A DNA stretch of 64,000 bases. It comes from Diadema antillarum (lineage: Eukaryota). The DNA lies in the NCBI RefSeq assembly GCF_040938485.1, contig NW_027272059.1, forward strand, positions 186,001 to 250,000, written 5' to 3'. Positions 26,866 to 36,667 of the stretch are shown in pieces; position 1 is the first letter of the stretch, and each line of letters begins with the position of its first letter. The notes beneath the pieces were generated by a model. It did not search any database, had not been told where the DNA came from, and saw only the letters and a program-made list of their open reading frames with translations. The position numbers and the translations under genes were made by a program.

Positions 26866-29800
26866 GCTGTTGTTGTTGTTGATGTTAACACCAATATACC
26901 TGGTTTTGACAGTTACTCTCCCTGTATCTTTTGATATCAAGCATAGGGAATCATGAGAGAAGTGACATTGAATATGACTGTGTTGTGAATGCAAGGAGTT
27001 CCAGTTTGTTCAGTTGTATTATATGTTGATGGAGAGATGAGGTCAAGATTGCGATGTGATTGAACATGATCAAGATTTATAGCTGTATACTTTATCATGA
27101 TGAGAAGGGAATGACGTGATTGCCTAGTATAAGATTAAGGAATACGAACTAACATGTGTGTGTTTATTTATTTATTTTTTTAAAATCTCATGCCATGATT
27201 AAGCTATTACGTCCATATTGAACTGATATATATCCCGTAGATTTAGTACATAAGATTAATTGTATATTTCATTTTGAATCTTTTTGAATCCAAATCAATA
27301 GTTTAAAGAGGTCTTCACATTTTTTCTGTGCGCTATTTGTATGTGACATCCTTGTTGCACTTATGCTGAAAATATTGCATGTCATATGCATTAACTGTAT
27401 GTACATATTTATGCTGAACCAGACCAGAAATTTGCAGGTGCCATGTGGAATATCTAGACTACAGCTGTGAAGTTCATTGCCTTAACCCTAAAAAGGCCGG
27501 GGGAGGGGGTTGGGGGTTGAATCAACTCCCCCTCGACATTTTTCGCGACTACTCTGCCATGCGAAGTTTTTTGACCGCGCCGTTCGCTGACTTTTTACTT
27601 TCAAGTCTCGCGCATCTTTTGACACCATTTTCGATAAAATTGCGCATACCGTTACGACGCTGCATGACATTTTATACATGCCTGTCGGACCGAAAATGGC
27701 TCAAAAACGTAATTTTGTGTATAAAGTCTTTGCAAATGGAGTTTTCTCTTCTTATTCATAAAGATATGATTATTTTCACTTTCATAGGATGAAACTAATT
27801 AATTTTAGCATAATTATGCGTGAAATAGGTTCTGTCATAAATTTTGCGGGGAAAAAATAACACATAAGGTCGAAAAAACAACGAAATACATAAGAAATTC
27901 ATAAAACAATAAAATACATAGGTAATTGATTTTGATACCAATTTTTTTTTGAAGTATATTGTTAGGAATGCTACAAAGAATGTTTTCACCAAAAATTATG
28001 ATTCTAGGAGCTGTAATTTCTGATTTAGAGCAAAATGTATGATTTTATGCATATATTAGCATAATTAATTATTATGACGAAAATTTCCATTTCTTTTTGT
28101 ATAGTTTGGTAGATTACGCCACAGGTAATGCATGTGCCAAGTTTCATGGCGATTGCGAGATCGACGGCCGAGATCTCGGGGGGGGGGGGGGGGGGGGGGG
28201 CCACAGAATACCCAAAAAAGCCCGGCCTGGTTGGGGTTAAGACAGAGGGAGAGAGAGAGAGAGATAGAGAGAGAGTGAGAGAGAGTTGATAAAGACAATA
28301 AGGACTACAGCTGTATAATGCTGTGTCAGAAATATTGCATGTACATAATGATTGCTCTACATTCCAGGAGTAACCATCACTCAAGTCGATGAGTCCCACT
28401 TCTCCGTCTTCGCCCCGACACCCAGCGCTATGAGTGAAGCCAAGGAGAGAATTGAGCAGCTCCTTCTAGAGGATGTAAGCTGTGTATCCTAATCAATGAT
28501 AGTTTGTGTCTTTGAGGATGGTGTGATGTATTGTTTTATCATGGTGTATTCTCATGAAAGGTCATTAGCACCACAAGAAGTCACATTCACATTTTTTTGT
28601 ATATCTTCAGTTTCTTTTTCCAAACGTCCCATACAAAAGAAATGGAAGAAAAAAATTCAGCAGTTTAAGAAAAAAAAAAAAAAGAATCAAGTAATCTCAC
28701 CTAATTGTTTTTTTTTTTATTAAGGATTGACAGGCTTCAAGTGTAATAGAAATGAATTGTCAAGACACAGAGTCAATGTCCTTGGAGAAAATTAGACAGG
28801 AGCAATTATCGTAGGAACAATATTGTGTCATCATTATTGTGTGTGTTAAAAAGTGTGTGTTTCTCTAATCATCGTACATATGCATAATGATTTTATATAC
28901 TTCTGCAGTGATATTTCATAGTGAGCTTAGCCACCTGAAAAAGGAAGGAAAATTAGAACAATATGTGTTACCCCAAGTCTGAAAAATAGTAATGTAATCT
29001 CTGAAATTAACAGTATAAACTTGGTTGATATTGTGTACAGTGGACTCTCGTTATAATGAAGTCCTCGGGACTGGCAGTTTTCTTTTGTTTTATCAAAATT
29101 TTGTTATAATCAAACAAATACTGGTAAACAATAAAAAACGTTGCGGGGATAAAGATGCAGCCTGACTTTTGCTTCGTTGTAACCGGAATTTTGTTGTAAC
29201 CGTGTTTGTTATAACAGGAGTGCAGTGTATTGTGTTAAAAAAAACATATATTTGAATGTTTGTTTTTTCTTCTCCCAATACAGAAGGAACCAGACCTTGA
29301 GTTTGGAGGTATCTACACAGCAACCATCATAGAGCTAAGGTGAGAGGTTCATTTTTGGCTATTGTTTCCTTTCTCCATGCTCAGCATTTGAGTCCAAGCA
29401 AAAGCTTACTACTTTTTATGCTTCAGCTGGGTCCCATTTCATTAAAAATGTGAGGGCAGCAACTTCCCATAGCAACAGCCAATCAGAGAGCAGGATTCTT
29501 ATCATTATGATGACACTTGACACATTGCAGCAAGAGTTACTGCCGTAGCCACTTTTTTTTTTTTTAAATGAAATGGGGCCATGTTATTCCATTAACAGCT
29601 CTATGATATGATTCTAAATTGTGGTTAAATATGAAGAACTTTCAAGTTGTATTGTCCTTGTGGTTACATAATGCGATAGAAAAACCTGCATTTAAGATAT
29701 TTTTGTGTGTGTGTTTTTAATGACAGAGAGAATGGTGTGATGGTCAAGCTCTACCCGTCTATGCAGCCCACCTTGCTCCACAACTCTCAGCTTGACCAGA

Positions 29801-30230
29801 GAAGGGTGAGATTTCTCTTCATTCTCTTGCAATTTTAAGACTTGTTTTACATTCATTTGAAATATTAAGAGTTTTTGTTTACTTCTGATAAATGCTTAGA
29901 TTATTAAATTAGGTTCCTCTTGGAATGAATAAAAATGATTATAAAAATAAACAATTTCTGTTCATTTTTATAAAGTTATCAATACCAACTGTGTAGTATT
30001 GCTCATTACTGCTCTCCCCTCCTCTCTCTGTCCTTTGCCCCATCCCAACCAGGTCAACCATCCCAGTGCACTCAAACTCGAGATTGGGCAGGAAATCCCA
30101 GTCAAGTTCTTTGGCCGTGACCCTGTCAGTGGCAAAATGCGTCTCTCGCGAAAGGCACTCATGGCTCCTGCCTCTGCCGTCATCCGGAACCTCAACGCCA
30201 CAAGAGAAACATCAGTATCATCATCATCAT

Positions 30231-30273
<43 letters not shown>

Positions 30274-30328
30274 TTCATCTTCATCATCCCCTTCCACAGA
30301 ATCTTCTTCAACATCCATAGAGAGATGA
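10711..30328 (+). CDS. PNPT1: Polyribonucleotide nucleotidyltransferase 1, mitochondrial (PNPase), complete, 799 aa
   Basis: 25 GT-AG exons in consistent phase: 10711-10853, 13419-13479, 14371-14445, 14633-14738, 15544-15593, 15902-15965, 16831-16992, 17920-18106, 18715-18766, 19373-19430, 19811-19907, 20660-20762, 21321-21385, 21717-21753, 22069-22135, 22917-23006, 23571-23624, 24651-24760, 25547-25618, 26141-26285, 26741-26824, 28368-28474, 29284-29339, 29727-29805, 30053-30328 (2400 nt). Motifs include [64 protein letters not shown], the KH GPGG loop and the S1 domain. The N-terminus resembles a mitochondrial targeting peptide. AATAAA at 30344-30349. Confidence 0.97.
11755..12340 (+). mobile_element. 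CR1-clade LINE 3' fragment, degenerate, in PNPT1 intron 1
   Basis: Broken frames read [23 protein letters not shown] and [19 protein letters not shown], the CR1 RT C-terminus. The fragment ends in a CAAGGTACAAGGT tail. Confidence 0.8.
17005..17172 (-). mobile_element. Degenerate reverse-oriented copy of the 4009-4218 MITE
   Basis: Shares atgcattttaatttt..cgcg, gccagtggcaat and cggctccaattc with the reverse complement of 4009-4218, and ends in tacagta. Confidence 0.7.
19121..19348. mobile_element. Degenerate TACTGTA-terminus MITE
   Basis: Right end gcttttacagta, left end a decayed aaaagctgttattttcgc, with internal ATTTTCGC-type repeats. Confidence 0.55.
20793..21096. mobile_element. Degenerate TACTGTA-terminus MITE
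   Basis: Left end tactgtaaacatagatattttc with TTTCGCG/GCGAAAA repeats; the right end is decayed. Confidence 0.5.
23769..24155. mobile_element. Almost fully palindromic MITE with AGGG termini and TTAA-like target (Kolobok-like)
   Basis: ttag|AGGGACTGTACATTACTGGTTGAGGTGAG ... CTCACCTCAACCAGTACTGTACAGTCCCT|ttaa. The inverted symmetry continues inward (23888-23926 pairs with 23998-24037; 23936-23948 with 23964-23976). Confidence 0.8.
25627..25740. repeat. About 19-bp minisatellite, about 6 copies (CTGTCACATG[G/A]TAT[G/C]CAG[C])
   Basis: Tandem units begin 8 nt after the PNPT1 donor at 25619. Confidence 0.85.
26834..26881. repeat. (GTT)n microsatellite
   Basis: Direct reading. Confidence 0.95.
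27482..28240. mobile_element. piggyBac-like non-autonomous element (TTAA TSD, CCC...GGG termini)
   Basis: TTAA|CCCTAAAAAGGCCGGG ... CCCGGCCTGGTTGGGG|TTAA: imperfect 16-bp TIRs, CpG-rich interior, no transposase ORF. Confidence 0.75.
29036..29229. mobile_element. pogo/Tigger-like MITE
   Basis: TA|CAGTGGACTCTCGTTATAA ... TTATAACAGGAGTGCAGTG|TA, with internal TTGTTATAAC repeats. Confidence 0.7.
30218..30287 (+). repeat. (TCA)n microsatellite inside the PNPT1 last exon, encoding poly-Ser
   Basis: In frame with the S1 domain; it reads [25 protein letters not shown] before [11 protein letters not shown]. Confidence 0.9.
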
Positions 30329-32569
30329 TATTCATTTCTCTGGAATAAAATGAACTGCTGGAATCTGTGCATCCAGAAAATAAGGGACGGTTACTTGGTA
30401 TATCATGTTCAGAGAAAGAGACTGCTAATCAAGACACCTGTAAAGAAAGCAGTGTTCAGGTAACCTGTATCTTGGTAACACAAGTGGTTGACAAGAAAGG
30501 AAACCCAGCGCAGTCCTACAGTGACAGTTTTCCATCACTGAGGAACCTCGCATCTCATACTGGCTGACCGAGGAAGGACGGCCATGTCGTCTCATCTTCC
30601 CTACTTCAAGAAGATGACTGCTTTGCCTGAACAATTTCAATATTTAATTTGTCATCATATCCATGTGCATAATTGTGTGGTGGGAAATTACGCATGAAAT
30701 TGCATGTCATTGGCTGGTCTCAAGAGCATTATTGCTGGTGTCTGTTTAATGAGGGCCAACCAATTCTGTGATTCCTGTTCATTCTCTCATTTTGTCTCCA
30801 AGCAGATTGAGAATGAAGCAGTAGGCAAATGTATAGCCATTTTTTTTTCAGTGTAATGGACTGTATTCAAGTCTTCACAGTACAATGGGTATTGCTTTGA
30901 ACTGGTAGGCATGGACATGAAGAAACAGGATTATATGATGTTGAAGCACCAAGACAGTTGTCAGTAGGACTGTGAGTGAAGGTAAAGACAAGTGAGCTCT
31001 AGACTCTTCTGTCATGCTGTGCTCTTTGCTGGTCATCCCTGTAAGTTTTCATAGCACTGTCTGTTTTAAGGAAATTCTCCACATTTTTTGCATGATACAT
31101 TACACACCCTTGTACTTAGGCCTGAGAAATGAGATGAGGTATAGTATACTAATATGTGTCACGAAAGACATCACAATTTTTTCTTTTATTTTATATGCCA
31201 GTACACTATTTTGTTCCAGAATACTTCAGGGCTCTGAGTGTTAGATCAAAAACAGTCTTCCCTATTATTGTGAGATGAACCAAATTTGTTTCACAGTGAT
31301 GAGTAGAGACACAACACAGAAGAGGAATCCTGCTTTGTGTGAATTATGCTGATATGGCTTTCTGCCACTGAACTTATTTTGCTAAATCAAAATCATGAAA
31401 GGACATCATTTTGTAGCCTTCAGGACTGATAACACAGTATTTCTCTTGGAGCAATAATAAGCATAAGGAGCATGTCCTGTTTATACCCTCTCTGACGAAA
31501 TATAAAGCACATACATGCACACAGGTATTACATGTTACACTGTACCTGCAATTTCCTTGCAGATTCACTGGGTTACACAAAATAAATTTGTGTCTCTGCA
31601 TACCCAAAGACTCTTCAGGAGGTGATTCAAACTGCAGCTTACCAAGCGTCTTCTCTGCCACAAACGATGTACCGGTATCTGTCTGTTGTGCTTCTCTGAA
31701 GGAGTTATCACATCTGATCCATTGTTTGTTCTTAAATTGTATGTTGTCCTTCCAAAATACACCATACATGTAAAGTACAACTTTGCTGCCGAGTCTACCA
31801 AAGAAGTGAATAGGCATAATCATGTTAACAAAATTGGATGGAAATGAAACTAGAAATATCACTGAAGGTGATTGTATAATGCTGCCGCCTAACATGCTAA
31901 CAGCTACTTGTGAAAAATATGTCTTACACAACTTTAACCAATTGAGGACAAGTCCTGAGTATACTCGGGCAGGTATATGGGAAATGTGTGTTGTAGCAAA
32001 ATTAGCCTGTCCTTAACGGGTTAAATCACAATCACCGCATGTGCCAAATTGCATCTGAAACACTTAAAAACTGCAGAATTTTAGTCTGCAAGGCCTTTTC
32101 CTGATTTTGGGGCCATAATTCACTGTTACCATGGCAACACACCACTTTTCTTAAAGGACGTGTGGATTGAGTGACTGCAACAATGTTAGAACATGTCAGT
32201 GAAAGTTTGAGGAAAATCAGACAATCCCTTCAAAAGTTATGAATTTCAGTGACACTATCTCTGGGTGAGAAGACTATAACAGTTTGTGATGTCACATGTG
32301 TGGAATGATATAGAGAAAATATAAAGAAAATTCAACATATTTTTACTTTTCTCACATAGTAACAGAGCACTTGATTTTCCTTTTCCAGAAAGCTGGGGGA
32401 ATAATATTACAATGTTTCCATAACATAATTATGTCAGTGACACGTCGAAAAAATTTGTATTTTTTTTCAAAAAATGAAAATTTGTAGAATTCTAGTTCAA
32501 TCCACATGATTTTGCTACAGACCAACCAACCGCCTGGCCACCTGACCTTGGTACAATTCCTATATACAA

Positions 32570-32966
32570 TACAGTCCAACTTTGATTATCAGGCCCTCTA
32601 TTATCCAGACGCCTCCAAACAGAGAAGACAAAAAGAAAAAACGAAAAAAAGAAAAGAAAAGAGGAAGTGATTTCAAACACAATTAAAACTCCTACAAAAC
32701 TCCTACAATTTAACTCTGATATTCCTTACGGAAACATTGTGTGAATAATAGAGTAAAATGCTTCAATTTCATGACTTATTTTGAGTAACAGTTGGCTAGC
32801 ATAAATTGCACTTCTGTTGCAGTGTACAATACCTTCATAGCTACCACTGGGTTGGCAGCCTACTTGTACAAGCTGTACTCATCGACAAACATTGTCTCTT
32901 CCATATCTGGCCAAATTGCTTATTTTGCTGGTCCCCACATGGGCAGATAACAGAGGTCGGACTGTA
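32570..32966. mobile_element. Degenerate Tigger-like MITE
   Basis: tacagtccaactttgattatc at the left pairs imperfectly with gataacagaggtcggactgta at the right. Confidence 0.5.
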
Positions 32967-33280
32967 TTCCTGTATGTACATGTACTATGTTTGGCGGGGG
33001 TATAAATGTTATGGACCATGGAATCCGCCATCCAGAATGGAGGTGTGAAACTTGTACATGGCCATTTTATTCTCGGTCAGGTTATCATTGATATTACAGT
33101 ACTGTATTTGGCTTGATAGAGGCGAGGTGGCTGTCTGGGTAGTGAAAAAGGTTGGGTCAGTGTCCACAACCTTTAAGTCTTCAGGCATGCTGCCTCTCCC
33201 TGTTCCAAAATCCACACACAGTCAAAACACTGGTTAAAAAAAAAGAAAGATACAAGAGCGAAAATGTGACGTGTAACAGT

Positions 33281-33525
33281 TACTGTATACGGCAAATATT
33301 TAGTGAGGTTTTTTTTATTTTCGCATTTTCGAGTCGGGTGCTATTCACAAAATTAAAGACACGCGAAAATAATGACTCTTATACCGAAATGAATGTGACA
33401 CACACATATACATTTCTCCGTTCATTACAGTACTCAACAAACGCAAATTTAACCACTTGCAAAATCGTCGGCAAGGCCCGATTCGCAAAAATTTAGACTA
33501 GCTAAAATATATGGTGTATACAGTA
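33281..33525. mobile_element. TACTGTA-terminus MITE (TACTGTATAC subfamily)
   Basis: tactgtatac...gtatacagta termini, with internal TTTTCGC/GCGAAAA repeats. Confidence 0.75.
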
Positions 33526-34659
33526 ACATGTGCGATTTACTAAAAAATTGTACCCGGTCTGCAGCCTAAACATCCTGTGTACTTGTATCCATCATGAAAA
33601 GATCTGCCATTACTTTACAGTGGAGTCTAAATGTTACATTAACAATAAAGAATAAATAAAAAAAACCCTTCAGATTGTCATTCATTATTGCTTGTGTGTG
33701 TCCTTTTTGTTGTTGTTGTTGTTGGTTTGCTGCTTAATTGTTCCATGAAGCAATAGATACCTGTAATGATAGATGTACACTGTAATACTTTGATACATGT
33801 ACACTTGTACTTTGTAGATGGTAACTTATGTTACTTCAAATGTTTATGTTGTATGCATTGAATACACGATGTATTTCCAGGATGTGTAATTAATATTGAA
33901 GCATGGTGCCAAAGGAAAAGGGTTTCCACCACCACAATGGAGCTCTTGAGATCTATTAACTCTTCTTCAGACAACAAAGTTGCATATTGACACAAGGATG
34001 ATTAAACATACTTGTACTGAAAGGAGATTTTGTTTGTGGTCTTTCAAATCATGTCACTATTACACACACACACACACACTCACACACACATGAAAAGGAG
34101 TATGTAAATGAAGCAAGACATGAACGTCTCTTGTTCAGATGGGAGGCAACACAAAGTTCAAACCAGGTCTCGACAAAGAAAGTGGGTAGAAGCACATGGC
34201 TTTATTTTGCTTTCAGATATATCACAGTACACTGAGCTGACATGGACGTTTTGAAAAATGAGTTTGAATGCAGATTCAAACATAAATACTATGACATTCA
34301 GACAGTTAATTGACTAATAACTACAACTAAATTCTAAGCTGCATAAGAAGCACCATGATGCCAGATGACACCATTGCAAGCATATATTTAGCCTTGCAAG
34401 TCATATAATGGACAAGTGAACAAAAACATGAAAAATTTCCCGCATCAAAATGGAGAACTAATGCAGTGCAGATTGCCTGGTGAGCAATACAACTCTAACT
34501 TTTTCTTTAGCAAGTATTTGTGACTCTGCAGGCAAATATTCCCTTTACATTCACACTAATATACTGAGCAGACACAATGTGAATATTCTGTCTACAAATA
34601 CTGTTGGCAATATTAATTATGCAGTGGCATATCTTTGTGAATGCATCACAGGGCCGGAA

Positions 34660-35633
34660 TAATTCTCGCTATCGCCAATGACGTAAAAAGTACCCGGATG
34701 TTGACTTAAGCGTCATTTACCCTGCATTATGGGATAGTCCGGTAGCAAAGTCACTTCCGTTCGTACGCGCGTGAAACGTGACTAATGCTATTTATACACA
34801 CAACCGACTGTATTCTACGTGTACTTCCTGTTTTCTCGACTTGAATTACAGCTTTAATATGATTTGAAATTTCTCCATTCTTAAGAAATTGCTGTTAATA
34901 CGACTATTGGTTGTTGCTGCAAAGCTGCCATGTGTTGTTCTCACGACAATAAATGAAAAAAATCTGCAGAAATAGGACCCTTACTGGCATGCGAGACGTG
35001 ACGTGGCCGCGTGGGTAAAGTTTGCGGGTGACTCCACAGCGCAGTACGTGCACGCGCGACTTACTAGTAGTGGTAGTAGGCCTAGTGGCCTACGTACTTA
35101 CTTGGAAGAAGTTGCTTCGGAGACAGGATAAGTTCGAGATCACGGTTCGTTCCCGATTGTGTTCGCGACATTTCGACAGAGAACAAATAAAAAAAAGATG
35201 GGCATTCCACGACGATATCCAGGTGGGTGAATATTTTCCAGCATATTTTCAGCGTATGCAGAGATGACTGATCTGTGATGTGCACATCGATCGCATGATC
35301 AAGCAGTACGCTGTACCGGTATGTGTTAGCATATGCGTGCAGTGGTGCATGCTAATGCAAGGCCGGCCGCCGGCCTAGAGCAATGCATGCGGGGACTACA
35401 GTGTACGAGTATGACAGGCCTGGCCACTCGCTGGCTCGGGTAGTACAGCCGCGTATATACTGTACTAGTATCCGTGGTCGGTGCGGCACTATAGGTAAGG
35501 TACACGTACGCGCACGCTAACATTGTGCAAATTATGCCCCGTGCCGGAAGCGCCCTTGCTACGAAGTGCACTAAATCTTGATGAAAAAGCCACATCCGGG
35601 TACTTTTTACGTCATTGGCGATTGCGAGAATTA
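34660..35633 (+). mobile_element. Non-autonomous DNA transposon with 40-bp TIRs carrying a THAP-domain remnant
   Basis: TIRs at 34662-34701 and 35592-35631 match at 39 of 40 positions and are flanked by TA. The interior is CpG-rich. 35103-35174 encodes WKKLLRRQDKFEITVRSRLCSRHF, matching the THAP W...CSxHF signature. Confidence 0.8.
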
Positions 35634-36667
35634 ACCTTGAAAATATTTAATGTGAAGAGCTGCTGGAATAGACTGTTTGAACAATGTGCTAATTTACTAC
35701 TTGTGCTTCTATTCTCTACTCCCACTCATCTACAGATTAACTCACCTACACAAGGAGTAACTATCTATCACTGCTGCATTTTCTACTTTATGTAGCATAT
35801 ATACACTATTTGGCATTTCACAAATCCCTATCCCATCCCTTCACAAAGAGGTCCTGTATACAGGAGGCCTTTGTATGCAAGTAAATTACCAATATAATCA
35901 CAATAACATACAAGAATACTACACCTTACATTTCAGCATTGTGCATATTTTCCCCCTATCAATTATGCATAAATCAAGTCAGTACAAAGTCTAAATGAAT
36001 TTCTACTCAATTTGTTTAGATTACCTCAGTTAAATTCTAATTCATTATTGAATAAAACATTTAAATTTAATTTTGCCATTGTAATGCTTTTTGACACCAG
36101 GAATGTTTTAGTACAGTGTTGTTTTATTTAATTTCACTGATTTTTTGACCAGCAATTTGAACAAGTATTTGGGGAAGATCCTTTCTTTTTACATAGTGTC
36201 ATGCAAAATGGATATGACTTACTAGAAACAATGATGGTTTTACTCCTGTCTGCAGTCAAAACCCACTTATCATTATTGATAATACAGTATCATCAGGAAA
36301 TAAAACAGGAAAATAAGAACACATACTCTGCGAAGACATTAGAATAACCTAATGTTGAGGTCATTTGCAAGAAAAATATTTGTTAAGATACATATACAAA
36401 AATATGTCAATACCTGTAGTTAGTTCAGCACAAATGACAGCAAGCATTCAAGGACAACATTACACCAAAGATGGTAATACGAAGCAGAGACTCCATGCAG
36501 AGCTTGAGTTGTTATGGCAAGTTGACAGCGAGATGGTTACACACAGATGCTCCAATCACTGTTCCCATCTCCAGGTTGTTTGCTGTGCATTAGTCAAATC
36601 CCTCTGAGTGTCACAGCTTTCCAGTGACTGTTTGACTGCTGCAGGTCTTTCCTCTTTAGACTGGAGA

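Noticed and set aside
29968-30372. Poly-Asp and poly-His ORFs overlapping the PNPT1 end
   Set aside because: They are alternative frames and strands of the (TCA)n repeat.
31296-31352. GTGATGA...CTGA pair resembling a C/D snoRNA
   Set aside because: No terminal stem, not intronic in a known host gene, and no identifiable rRNA-antisense element.
31374-31931. 185-aa minus-strand ORF with an internal G|GTAAGC donor
   Set aside because: No homology and no consistent set of partner exons; likely a chance ORF in 3'-flanking DNA.
32125-32138. Perfect X-box GTTACCATGGCAAC
   Set aside because: It lies in repeat-like DNA between two 3' ends, far from any identified TSS; such palindromes are common in invertebrate repeats.
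32823-32950. Exon-like plus-strand frame ending ...GPHMGR* (amidation-like)
   Set aside because: It sits inside a Tigger-like MITE, and no upstream exons or signal peptide were found.
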